Shown here piece after piece: positions 29,115 to 38,229 of a stretch of 40,098 nucleotides of DNA; the stretch's first letter is position 1; every line of letters begins with the position of its first letter. Position numbers and translations under genes: made by a program. The stretch spans positions 1-40,098 of the forward strand of contig CAYVLA010000019.1 in NCBI GenBank assembly GCA_964452145.1, written 5' to 3'. The stretch comes from Candidatus Hadarchaeota archaeon (GTDB lineage: Archaea; CAYQAE01; CAYVLA01). The notes beneath the pieces were generated by a model. That model was given only the letters and a program-made list of their open reading frames with translations, did no database searches and was not told the origin of the DNA.

Positions 29115-29483
29115 CTATCTCCGAGCGACATCCAGCTGCCTGACGATAGCCAGTGCTCTTCGCCCATGCTCCGTCAGGCTGTAGATCAGCCACCTGCCCT
29201 TCTGCTCGGCCTCGATCAGACCGGTCTCCTGAAGCATGGAGAGATGGTAGGACAGTTTGGAGTCGGCCACGCCCACCACCCTGGTCAGGATGCATGGGCA
29301 GAGAGGCTGTGCTCGGAGGAGGACCAACACCTTCAGCCTGATCGGCTCGGAAAGGGCCTGCAGCGTCCCGGCCCGCTGCAACAGCGCCTCTTCGTCCTCC
29401 AACAGTGTGACGAGCGTCTCCACGCCCCCCCTTTCTTCAAGCTGTTTCTTGACCGGCTCTGGAACTTCCAACGCGTTGCCCAT
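29115..29483 (-). CDS. arsR: ArsR/SmtB family metalloregulator
   Basis: ALSEPIRLKVL.LL, LCPCIL (ELCVCDL-like As site), SKLSYHL..L...GLI.....GRW.IYSLT. Confidence 0.9.
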   Translation of the reverse strand: MGNALEVPEPVKKQLEERGGVETLVTLLEDEEALLQRAGTLQALSEPIRLKVLVLLRAQPLCPCILTRVVGVADSKLSYHLSMLQETGLIEAEQKGRWLIYSLTEHGRRALAIVRQLDVARR

Positions 29484-29509
29484 CTAGGATCCCCGCGGAG
29501 ATGAAAAAC

Positions 29510-29532
29510 ATATTTCAAGATCGTTTGAAACG
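29510..29532. promoter_or_regulatory. Putative ArsR operator 1 (TTTCAA-N6-TTGAAA)
   Basis: ATATTTCAA-GATCGT-TTGAAACG between divergent arsR and the 29566 gene. Confidence 0.8.
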
Positions 29533-29565
29533 ACTGCCCATTCTAAATGGGGTGATCGCTGAAAA

Positions 29566-30558
29566 ATGTCCTGCCGGTTCGTGAAGGTTGGGGGCGCCAA
29601 ATACCGAACCTGGCTGGCGGCCATGGGCACGGTGCTTCTTGTATGTGCCATTCTGGGCTGTTTGTCAAAGGAAGGTAGCAATGCGGACGGTTCAGGGCAG
29701 GAGAAGTGGGTCGTCGCAAGATTCGAGGTCGTCATCGAACCCTTCGCCAACGAACCTGCTCACACCGTGTCCTTTCTGCCCCTCACCTTGAATGTACTGA
29801 AGTGGGAGTCGGTCCTCTTCGCAGTACAGGGCCAGGTGCGGCAACCGCTGGAGTACTATGGAGCCGTTGGCATCGGCCCTGTGGGCAGGGACGCGGAGAC
29901 GGTGAAGCTGACGGAGTCACTGCCTGCAGGGGTCAACGCCAGCTTCAAGGGCAGCGAACCGGAGATCACCCTGAACGGAACCCAAATGCTCTTCGAGTGG
30001 AGCTTTGCGAAGGTGACGCAAGCCACGCCCGGGAGCTGCTCGTGCTCGGCGGTGCTCTTCCCGCAGGTCGTGCAGTATTCCCTCAGCAATCCGACCCTCC
30101 AGGGAAGGAGGATAGAGGCGATGTCCAGAACCAAGCCGGACATATGGTTCGGGGCAAGGGTCTCCGACATAGGAAAGGCCAGCATGATCAGCATCATCTT
30201 CTCTTTCAAGAAGAACGATGCTCAAGGGAATACGATTCTGAGCCTGCTTTCGGCATCGAGTGACTGGGAGACGCGAGAGGAGGGAGAGGAATTCCTTATC
30301 GGTGCATCCTTCGAAGGCCTTTCGGAGAGGAAGGTCTTGGAGTTCTCGCTGAACGTCCTGGCGAAGTCCGGCCTCAGTCTGATACCCTTGAACCAAGAAA
30401 CATCAACGGGCAAGAAGGTCAGCTCGTGCGGAATCATAGTGGAATCGTCGCGCAACTTTTTCGGGAACCTAAGCTACCAGGCTGAGGGATTCCGGACCGA
30501 GAGGCTCAGTTACACCAGAGAGGCCTACGCGTTCCCCGAGTTGGTGCTGGGAAGTTGA
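29566..30558 (+). CDS. Hypothetical exported lipoprotein-like protein with CSC motif
   Basis: GGGGTGA SD, hydrophobic stretch ending ILGC (lipobox-like), internal GSCSCS; overlaps the next gene by 4 nt. Confidence 0.75.
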   Translation: MSCRFVKVGGAKYRTWLAAMGTVLLVCAILGCLSKEGSNADGSGQEKWVVARFEVVIEPFANEPAHTVSFLPLTLNVLKWESVLFAVQGQVRQPLEYYGAVGIGPVGRDAETVKLTESLPAGVNASFKGSEPEITLNGTQMLFEWSFAKVTQATPGSCSCSAVLFPQVVQYSLSNPTLQGRRIEAMSRTKPDIWFGARVSDIGKASMISIIFSFKKNDAQGNTILSLLSASSDWETREEGEEFLIGASFEGLSERKVLEFSLNVLAKSGLSLIPLNQETSTGKKVSSCGIIVESSRNFFGNLSYQAEGFRTERLSYTREAYAFPELVLGS

Positions 30559-31601
30559 GGAGAAAGGCGCTGGTGGTTGTTCTCGTCTTCGCCCTGCTTG
30601 TCCTGCTGATGCAAGGACTCAAAGGGCTGCAGCGTCCGTCCGAGACCGATGCCCAACCCTCAGAGGGACGAATACTCTTCTTCCAGGGATCCGCCCACTG
30701 CGACGAATGCCAGATCCAAGCCGATGAACTCGCAAAGCTGAAAGAAAGGATGCCGGAGCTGGAGATCCTGGAGTACGATGTGGACAAGGACAGGCTTGTG
30801 GCCAACAGGTACAACGTGTGGATCGTCCCCACGCTCATCGTCGACGGCAGGAAATACGAAGGCATGGTCACCGTCGATCATCTGGAATCGATCATCGCGA
30901 CCGACCCGGACCAAGCCCCGCAGATGTGGGGCCGCTTTCTCGACAGCCTTCCACTTGGTTTCTCCCTTGCGGCAGGTCTCCTGACTGGGTTGGAGCCCTG
31001 CGCGCTGGCCTTCTCGGGCATGGTGGTCCTCTTCATAATGGGATCGACGGCAGCTGATGCTGAGAGGCGGTTGGGAAGCGTCGTCGCGGCTTCCGTCTTC
31101 ACCGTGACCCGGGCTTCCGTCTTCGCCGTCTTCGGTTTCGCCGTGACCGCCCTGGGCGCTTCGGCGGGCGATCTTAGATTCGCCCTGCTCATCGCCGCGT
31201 CTGCGACCGCCTTCTTCGTCGGATGTTCCTACCTCGGTTTGATCCAGCTTCCCCTGACGACCCTGGCACCAAGCTCCAAGACGCTCCTCAAGCTCCGAAA
31301 AGGCCATCTTACTCCCATCCTGCTGGGCTTGGTGTTCGGTTTCGCGGTGCTCCCGTGTGCCACGCCGGTGATGGCGTCCCTGCTGGCGTTCGTAGCGGGC
31401 ACCCGCCGGATCGCCACAGGAATGGCCTCCCTCTTCCTCTTCGGGGCCGGACTGTCGACTCCCGTCATCGCCTTCACCCTTCTCGGGAAGACGTACTGGC
31501 AAAGATCGCAGTGGATCCTCAAACAGGGAGGGAAACTGAGCATAGCCTTGGGGGCATCGCTGGTTGCCCTCTCCCTGTACCTGTTGTACGCCGCCTTCTA
31601 G
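30555..31601 (+). CDS. Thioredoxin-CcdA/DsbD fusion (transmembrane disulfide reductant)
   Basis: N-terminal TM, HCDEC...VPTLIVDG thioredoxin domain, then 6 TMs with two PC motifs (LEPC, LPC). Confidence 0.85.
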   Translation: MRRKALVVVLVFALLVLLMQGLKGLQRPSETDAQPSEGRILFFQGSAHCDECQIQADELAKLKERMPELEILEYDVDKDRLVANRYNVWIVPTLIVDGRKYEGMVTVDHLESIIATDPDQAPQMWGRFLDSLPLGFSLAAGLLTGLEPCALAFSGMVVLFIMGSTAADAERRLGSVVAASVFTVTRASVFAVFGFAVTALGASAGDLRFALLIAASATAFFVGCSYLGLIQLPLTTLAPSSKTLLKLRKGHLTPILLGLVFGFAVLPCATPVMASLLAFVAGTRRIATGMASLFLFGAGLSTPVIAFTLLGKTYWQRSQWILKQGGKLSIALGASLVALSLYLLYAAF

Positions 31602-31665
31602 AGCGATGTCCGATGCTCGGTCATCCGGGCTGCGCCTCTTGCGCGTGGGGAGTGAATGGATTGGA

Positions 31666-31938
31666 CTAGCCCTTACTCTCCTCGCCCAGTTCTTCGGCAA
31701 TAACCTTGTCAAGTTCCTTCTCGCTCGGGACCTTGCCCTCGAATACAACCCGTCTTCCGATCGCGATGGCAGGGGTCATCCAGAATCCGTAGCTCTGGCC
31801 TTCCTGAGACATCGCGTCGACATGAATCACCCGGACTCCGGGACGCCTCGCAGCGACTTTCTCAGCCACCGCCAATGCCGACCTGCATCGTGCACAGGGC
31901 GGGTCTGGCCCGAAAACCCTGACCTCGATCTCACCCAT
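31666..31938 (-). CDS. Small redox-active disulfide (thioredoxin family) protein
   Basis: PPCARC, TPAIAI...VFEGKVPS; GGAGGTG SD. Confidence 0.88.
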   Translation of the reverse strand: MGEIEVRVFGPDPPCARCRSALAVAEKVAARRPGVRVIHVDAMSQEGQSYGFWMTPAIAIGRRVVFEGKVPSEKELDKVIAEELGEESKG

Positions 31939-31963
31939 GTTCCCACCTCCGAAAGCTCACGCA

Positions 31964-33016
31964 TCATAGACTGGAGCCGATCAGAAATCCAGCAAGTGTG
32001 GAGAAAGCCACGACTAACAGTACGTAGGCCGCCGTTTTTCGAAGCCCAAAAATCCTGCAGAGGACCAACATGCTCGGGAGGCTTACCGCCGGCCCCGCCA
32101 ACAGCAGGGAGAGGGCCGGACCGAAACCCATGACGCCCGAGGTGTAGCCAAACGTGGTCCCGATTATCGGAACCTCCAGCAGCGTCGGCATGTAGAGTAT
32201 TGCCCCTATGACGGATCCCAGGAAGCATGCCGAAATGGAGTTCCCGCCGAGGTAGGCTCGAAAGGTCTCCGGCGGCAGGTAATATGACACGAATCCGACT
32301 ACGAACGTGCCCAAGATCAACACCGGAAATATCTTGCGTGCAAGATCCCAGGATTCCCTCAGCCACTCCATCACCAGATCCATCTTGTACGAACGGGCAA
32401 GATGAGACGTGGCGATCGCCCCGATCACCAGGACGCCTGCCACCTTGAGGGATGCCTGCATCTTCCACGTCCCAACGACCAGCACCGCGACGAGCAAGAC
32501 GATCAAGGCAAGAGGAGATGGCCCGCTCTCCACCGACGTTCCAGCGACGCGCTGCCGCGGGCCTGGCACCTCCGCCGGTCTGCTTTGCTTTCTGAAGATT
32601 ATGGACATCGATACGCCGATCAAGATCGCCAGGCCGACGGCCGCGAGTGCACGCGCCGCCCCAAGGTCCAGGCCAAGGACCCTTGCCGTGTAAATGACCG
32701 CAAGTATGTTTATGGCCGGTCCGGAGTAGAGAAAGGCGGAGGCCGGCCCGATGCCAGAGCCACGCCTATAGATCCCGGAGAAGAGCGGCAGAATCGTGCA
32801 GCTGCAGACGGCCAGGATCGTCCCAGAAACGCTTGCCACCGGGTAGGACTTGTACTTGGGCACCTCGCTTCCGAAAAGCCTAAGGACCGAGTCCTTTCTC
32901 ACGAAGACCGTTATGGCACCCGCGATCAGGAAGGCCGGCACCAGGCAGGTTAGCACATGGGCTGAGAGGTAGTCCAAGACATTCATCAGCCCGGATGCAG
33001 CCGCCTGGACGATCAC
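31964..33016 (-). CDS. DUF318/ArsP-family permease
   Basis: YLSAHVLTCLVPAF, ILAVCSCTILPLF, FLYSGPAIN, MPTLLEVP, LLAGPAVSLPSM. Start moved to GTG 33016, about 26 nt from TTTATC. Confidence 0.9.
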   Translation of the reverse strand: MIVQAAASGLMNVLDYLSAHVLTCLVPAFLIAGAITVFVRKDSVLRLFGSEVPKYKSYPVASVSGTILAVCSCTILPLFSGIYRRGSGIGPASAFLYSGPAINILAVIYTARVLGLDLGAARALAAVGLAILIGVSMSIIFRKQSRPAEVPGPRQRVAGTSVESGPSPLALIVLLVAVLVVGTWKMQASLKVAGVLVIGAIATSHLARSYKMDLVMEWLRESWDLARKIFPVLILGTFVVGFVSYYLPPETFRAYLGGNSISACFLGSVIGAILYMPTLLEVPIIGTTFGYTSGVMGFGPALSLLLAGPAVSLPSMLVLCRIFGLRKTAAYVLLVVAFSTLAGFLIGSSL

Positions 33017-33019
33017 AGA

Positions 33020-33035
33020 TTCAAAAAAATTTGAA
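33020..33035. promoter_or_regulatory. Putative ArsR operator 2 (TTCAA-N6-TTGAA)
   Basis: TTCAA-AAAAAT-TTGAA between the TATA box (about 33042-33048, minus strand) and the permease start. Confidence 0.7.
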
Positions 33036-33385
33036 CCAAGAGATAAATGTGTCTCTGCTGGCAGCAGCAGCTTGTCCTCTAGTTCCCGCCCTCCACGCTG
33101 TTGGCTGAAAGAACACCCACAAAGCATCCGTTCTGAACCAGCTCTGGATAAGCCTGGGACGATCTCTCAGCCTCTACTTGGCCCCCCTTGATGGTTGGAC
33201 AGGTCTCATCGCCCACGTCCCAAAGGACCTCTCCAGGCATCCTGCCTTCAATTCCTCTGCATCCGCTACGTCGAACAGCAACCTGATCAAGTTCAAGGCT
33301 GCCGATGCTCCATCGATCCTTATCCCGGCGATGCGGCGAGAGGAACTTAGTTAAGGACGGAGGACCTATTCCCCCGGGGGTCGAC

Positions 33386-34093
33386 TTGAGGAGATGCTTG
33401 ATCCTTGTTGTGATTGTGGTGTTTGTACTGGTCTTTGTGGCATTCCTGGCTTGGCCCCGGAACGAGCCAAGCATGACCAACAAGGAGGGGCTGATCACCC
33501 TCCCGCCCCCAGCTCTAAAGGGGGACATGTCGGTAGAGGAGGCTCTCGCGTCGAGAAGGTCGAGAAGGAGCTACAAGCCTGAATCCCTCGGCATCGCTCA
33601 GATAGCCCAGCTGCTTTGGGCGGGGCAAGGGATCACGGGGCCTGAAGGATGGGAGAGGGCAGCGCCCTCCGCAGGGGCAACGTACCCGGCTCGCCTTCTC
33701 CTGGTGGCTGGACGCGGAGGCGTAGAGGGTCTGGATGCCGGGGTCTACGAGTACGTCCCCGAGGAGCACGGCCTGAAGGCCATGCTGGCTGGGGACCTGA
33801 GAGGAGAACTCGCCCGCGCCGCCTTGGGACAGGCCTTCATCTCCCAGGCCCCGGTGAACATAGTCATTGTCATGGATTATCAAAGGACTACAAGGGTATA
33901 CGGTCAGAGGGGCGTACGGTACGTCGACATTGAGGTGGGCCACATTGGCCAGAACCTCTACCTCCAGGCGGAGGCCCTCGGCCTTGGAACCGTCATCGTC
34001 GGCGCCTTCAACGACGACAGGGTCTCCACCCTTCTGCACCTTCCCAGCGGACTCGCCCCCCTAGCGATCATGCCCTTCGGTCGGCCGGCTTGA
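33386..34093 (+). CDS. SagB/ThcOx-family nitroreductase with N-terminal TM anchor
   Basis: LP.P...G.MSVEEAL..RRSRRSY, LLWAGQG, RAAPSAGATYP, EVGHIGQNLYL, GAFNDD. Start moved to TTG 33386. Confidence 0.9.
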   Translation: MRRCLILVVIVVFVLVFVAFLAWPRNEPSMTNKEGLITLPPPALKGDMSVEEALASRRSRRSYKPESLGIAQIAQLLWAGQGITGPEGWERAAPSAGATYPARLLLVAGRGGVEGLDAGVYEYVPEEHGLKAMLAGDLRGELARAALGQAFISQAPVNIVIVMDYQRTTRVYGQRGVRYVDIEVGHIGQNLYLQAEALGLGTVIVGAFNDDRVSTLLHLPSGLAPLAIMPFGRPA

Positions 34094-34404
34094 AGACCGT
34101 GCCCGCTCAGCATGTCACCCCACGGATTGGGCTTCGGTCTGGATGATTCAACATGTCGCCAAGCAGTATCGTTCCGGTGTCGGTGTGCGTGTGCCAGCTT
34201 CGCGTTTCCTCTAGGCTCCAGAAGATGATTCTGCGCAGGGGAACGATCCGAAGTGCCACATCGAAAGGATCCCCCGAGTACTGCAAGCTTCGCGAAGCCC
34301 CGATACGTCCCACAGTAATGTCCGAGGATTCGAAGGGGGAAGGACTGCGTAGGGAACCGTCTCGGTTTGCCGAACGACGGTCTGGCACCACGGGGGCGGT
34401 CAAA

Positions 34405-35658
34405 GTGGCGATGCTTCTCATCCTCGCTCATCTCTTGCTGGTGGGCCCAACCCTTGCGGTCGAGAAGCCGGAGAGGATCAAGGTCATCGGGACTGGAAAG
34501 GCGCAGGGAACCCATATACTGAAGATGTGGTTCACCACCGAACCGTCAACGGATCCCCTGATCATCCCCAGCCGGGACTGGGGTGGGGTGACCCCGGAGA
34601 TGATCAAGCGTCTGTTGAGGATCTACTTCCCGCGGACCTACGAGGAGCTGCTGGCATACGAGTTCTACTTCATGGCTCAGGTTGACATGAGCTACTTCTC
34701 CCCCCAGCAGCAGCAGTGGACGTATCGGGCGCTGAGCAGCCGGGTGATGGGTGCGGTGAACACCAGGAGCACCATGGGATTGTACGAGGCTGAATGGCTC
34801 AACAGCGTGATATCGGATGCCTTCCCGAACGATGTCGGGGCTGTGTTGGCCAGCCGGCACGACAAGGCGGTACAGCCGGGGCGGCTGGTGATCAAAGATG
34901 ACCACGACCTGCCGGGCGTGATGAAGCCCTACAAGGCACAAGCGGAGGCGATCATCGGCGTGTATCACAACGGTGCGCCCATGCGGTACACAATACCCAA
35001 GCCCGGTTCGGTGATCCTCTCCTACATAGAGAGCAAGGCAGCAATGGGCCATCCTGTTCCTGGGCAGGTCGCGCATGTCTTCTACTGGAAGTGGAACGAT
35101 TCCGTGACTTTCACATTCATGGACCAGATCTACGACGCCTTCTGGAGCGACTACTGGCCTGCAGGAAGTACACTGGCCGGTGCAGGTTCGAATCCTTACG
35201 CCCACGACATGGTGGCGAACATCATATGGTTCAGCACCGGGAGGAACCTTCCTGACGATGTCTTCCTCGTACACGAGTTCCGACAGCAGCTCTTCAGCTA
35301 CGAGATCAGGAAATCCCTCGTCATCGGCCTTCTCGAGTTCGCCGAGATATTCGGGGCCGACAGCTCGAGGGATTATCGGAGGTTGGATCGGATAGACGAA
35401 GTGCACAGGGACGCGTCCCGGTCCTATCTGGCTGGAGAGTTCCCAGCAGCCTACGAGCGGTTGAAGGGTGCGTTGGAGGATCTTAATCGGTTCGAGAGCG
35501 AGGCTACCAGGCTGAAGGATAGGACCCTCTTCTGGGTCTATCTGATCCAGTGGTTCGTAACCATGGTCGCGTTCCTCAGCGCGGGTTTGGTTGTGTGGAC
35601 GCTGATGATCCGCCGGAGGCTGTACCGTGAGGTAGAGGTCACAAGATCCCGCCTGTAG
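34405..35658 (+). CDS. Secreted single-pass membrane protein with RRLYREV tail; paralog of 16072..17283
   Basis: Signal peptide, RIYFPRTYEEL, C-terminal TLFWVYLIQW...VWTLMIRRRLYREV. Start uncertain (34318, 34405 or 34411). Confidence 0.85.
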   Translation: MAMLLILAHLLLVGPTLAVEKPERIKVIGTGKAQGTHILKMWFTTEPSTDPLIIPSRDWGGVTPEMIKRLLRIYFPRTYEELLAYEFYFMAQVDMSYFSPQQQQWTYRALSSRVMGAVNTRSTMGLYEAEWLNSVISDAFPNDVGAVLASRHDKAVQPGRLVIKDDHDLPGVMKPYKAQAEAIIGVYHNGAPMRYTIPKPGSVILSYIESKAAMGHPVPGQVAHVFYWKWNDSVTFTFMDQIYDAFWSDYWPAGSTLAGAGSNPYAHDMVANIIWFSTGRNLPDDVFLVHEFRQQLFSYEIRKSLVIGLLEFAEIFGADSSRDYRRLDRIDEVHRDASRSYLAGEFPAAYERLKGALEDLNRFESEATRLKDRTLFWVYLIQWFVTMVAFLSAGLVVWTLMIRRRLYREVEVTRSRL

Positions 35659-35892
35659 GTCGCTTCCCTGGACCAATCATCCCTTTGCGGTCAGACATCC
35701 TGGTACTCGGCTGGCAGAATGCCAGCGATTATCCTACTCGCCCTGGTCGGTCGTTATCGCCTTTATCTGGACCAGGCATGGGAGCAGAACGCCAGTATCC
35801 TCCATTCATTCATCAGGTGAGACATTTATGGCGGGTGCAGACGCAGTCCGTCATTCCGTTTTCCGGACGAAGTCGCATGCGAGGAATGGACG

Positions 35893-37119
35893 GTGGATAC
35901 CACGGTTGCGCTAATGCTTGTGGCCTTCGCGGCCTCTCTCGGATGGGCCATCCGGGGTGAGTGGGGAAACTGGTGGGGTGAAACCGTTCCGGGTGCTCTG
36001 GTCGGCATGTCTCTGTGGATTGCATTTGGCCAATCGGAAAGCGCGTGGCAGATGCTGGCTTTCGGGGCGGTAATGGCAATCAGCCATACCGTCGGTGGTG
36101 ACATAAGCTACGGCAAGATAGTAGGATATGTGGTTTCGAGACGTTCCCTTCTGGACAGACGCAGGGAAGATTCGGAGAACAGGTCTCCCCTCTTTGGCCT
36201 ATTCGGCCTCTTCCTAGTGGGAGGCATGATAGGCTTCTTCCCGGCCACGGCTCTTGGCCTGTTGATGACTGGGGTTGCCTACGACATCGGTACCCTTTGC
36301 CTCTGGGCGGTTCTCGCGGCAATTGGGGCCTTCTTGGCTTATAAGCTCATCGTGGTGGGTCTGGGCCTCAGGCTTTCGCCCCCGAGGAGCGACTTCTGGG
36401 CGGCGACCTTTGGTGCTTCGGTTGCCAGCCTGCTATTCTTCGGCCTGGTATCGAAGGATGGCGTTGTCTTGACAGTCTCCACCCTTGGATGGGTTGGGTA
36501 TGGATCTGGTTTTGTCGGTGGCGGTCTGCTGCATCGTCTGGCTGTCAGGCAACGCTGGAGGCTGGACTCATGGAAGTGGATGGAGCACTCGGTGGGGTTC
36601 TTCGGGGGCATCGGGCTCGGGGTTTCGGTCCTACTTCTGGGTGGTGGGATTGGGCAGATCCCTTTAGCTCGCGAAAGTAGATTCCTATCCGCGATCATCG
36701 TCTTCTGGGTGGTCCCATACCTCATAGTGAACGATGTCTTCCAGGACTGGACCTTCAGGCTATGGCATTCCGGCACCCCAAAGTCCATCAATCTTCTGGA
36801 CCGTAATGACCCTGAATCGCAGGTGACACCGCGACCGGGGGAAGTCTGGAGAACTATCACCTCGAGGAAGGTCTTCGTGGGTTTTGGACTTGGCGCGCTC
36901 TGTTGCTTGGTGCTAGCTGCACCCATCGCGGCATCGTTTGCTGGGGAATGGAAGGGAGATGGATTGCAGGGTGAGGTGTTCTGCGCCCTGATGATCCTGT
37001 ACACCGCGATTGCGGTGGTCAAGGTAGTGCCCATCGAGCGGAGTAGGGCACGGGTCGTCGTTTGGGCGACCTTCTCCGCAATGGCCGGCATATGCATCGT
37101 CCTAGTCGGCCTCATCTAG
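35893..37119 (+). CDS. Glycine-rich multi-pass membrane protein of unknown function
   Basis: 408 aa with about 11-12 hydrophobic segments; motifs GWAIRG, GG.ISYG, WKWMEHSVGFFGG. Confidence 0.8.
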   Translation: MDTTVALMLVAFAASLGWAIRGEWGNWWGETVPGALVGMSLWIAFGQSESAWQMLAFGAVMAISHTVGGDISYGKIVGYVVSRRSLLDRRREDSENRSPLFGLFGLFLVGGMIGFFPATALGLLMTGVAYDIGTLCLWAVLAAIGAFLAYKLIVVGLGLRLSPPRSDFWAATFGASVASLLFFGLVSKDGVVLTVSTLGWVGYGSGFVGGGLLHRLAVRQRWRLDSWKWMEHSVGFFGGIGLGVSVLLLGGGIGQIPLARESRFLSAIIVFWVVPYLIVNDVFQDWTFRLWHSGTPKSINLLDRNDPESQVTPRPGEVWRTITSRKVFVGFGLGALCCLVLAAPIAASFAGEWKGDGLQGEVFCALMILYTAIAVVKVVPIERSRARVVVWATFSAMAGICIVLVGLI

Positions 37120-37215
37120 CTTTCTGGCGCGCAGGCCGGTTATCAAAACATGCTACACCGCCGCCTTTCCACCTTCACAGTACAGTTCAAAGAGCCAACG
37201 AAGAAGAGAGGCTGT

Positions 37216-37692
37216 CAGGGCCCCGCCAAACTGGGCATGGTGCCTCCCGGGGAGATCTCGAGATTTGCAGGTGGGCAAACTGGAATCCTCGGCGTTCTGC
37301 TCATCGTAGTTGCGGGAGCCATCATGTACATCCCATCATCTTTGGCCTTCCCCCTCGCGGCTTCGCTCCTTGAGGCAGGGGCATCAATCTCCGCTGTCGC
37401 CACTTTCATCACTACCCTAACCATGGTCGGGTTCGTGACGCTTTCACTTGAGATCAGAGAGCTTGGGAGAAGGCTAACTGTCCTGAGAAATGCATTCAGC
37501 TTTGCCATAGCACTCATGATAGGCCTTATCATAGGGGGGTGCTGCTATGAAGCAACGGACGCAGGAGAGGAAGACCTTTGCGTACGACTATCTGGTGCTA
37601 GGATGTGTTGTCAAAGGCTGGCTCTGACCGTGATCCTGGTGATACCAATGGGGTTGGCAATCGAGGTAATAGTTCGAAAGGAGGTGATCTAG
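37216..37692 (+). pseudogene. Degraded two-gene DUF318 permease pair
   Basis: AFPLAASLL..GAS...A.FITTLTMVG..T..LEI.ELG....LRN is a permease C-terminal half with no N-terminus. A G6 tract (37534-37539) shifts the expected GVLL-stop. Second gene (ATG 37547) is reduced to a short N-terminus fused out of frame to its last helix. Confidence 0.7.
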
Positions 37693-38034
37693 TTGGTAGT
37701 GAATATCATTGACGTCCGAAAGCTGGTTCGCTTCTCCACAGAAGAGGGTCGGCTTGACACCATGGAGAAGCGCCGAGGAGCGAAGAGGGACCTGCTTCGC
37801 ACGGGAAACTTCAACATCGTACTTGTGTGCCTCGAAAAGGGGCAGGAGATTCCGGCCCGACCGGAGCCATACGAGGTATGCTTCTACGTCATCGAAGGCA
37901 GAGGCATCTTTACTGTGGGAGAGAAGAGAGTAGGTCTGGGCGAAGGAAGCATGATTCTCGTTCCGGCCGACATCGCTCGGGGAATCAGAGCCGAGGAGCG
38001 GATGAGCATGCTTGGAATACAGGAGCCTCACTGA
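37693..38034 (+). CDS. Cupin domain protein
   Basis: GAGGTGA SD; LEKGQEIP....E..FYVIEGRG.F.VG.......G..ILVPA...RGIRA. Usual metal-binding His residues replaced. Confidence 0.85.
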   Translation: MVVNIIDVRKLVRFSTEEGRLDTMEKRRGAKRDLLRTGNFNIVLVCLEKGQEIPARPEPYEVCFYVIEGRGIFTVGEKRVGLGEGSMILVPADIARGIRAEERMSMLGIQEPH

Positions 38035-38180
38035 GCGGTGACCCCGAGAAAGCTTCGGTCCAGCAGAGCCTTCACCATTTGCCCGTATCCCGGCTTCGCC
38101 CTGGAGTACGGGCAGTACACGGGGTTCTGCTTGGTGGGGGAGCGGTTCAGTAGGCTCAATACGGCTGCTGGCAGGCCGAA

Positions 38181-38217
38181 CATTTATATGGAACCGTTTC
38201 AAGAGTTTTTGAAATAT
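38181..38217 (+). promoter_or_regulatory. TATA box plus putative ArsR operator 3 for the DGC-mtrA-arsD-like operon
   Basis: CATTTATAT then CGTTTCAA-GAGTTT-TTGAAATAT; both arms identical to the reverse complement of operator 1. Confidence 0.8.
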
Positions 38218-38229
38218 GGAGGCGAGGGT

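Noticed and set aside
35185..35195. GGTTCGAATCC tRNA T-arm-like motif
   Set aside because: Inside a clear CDS with no acceptor, D or anticodon stems around it.
34546..35676. 376 aa antisense ORF (likewise 22816..23898, 30660..31748, 24741..25685, 19250..20353, 15307..16200, 4730..5530)
   Set aside because: Shadow ORFs opposite well-supported genes, expected in high-GC DNA; no recognisable motifs.
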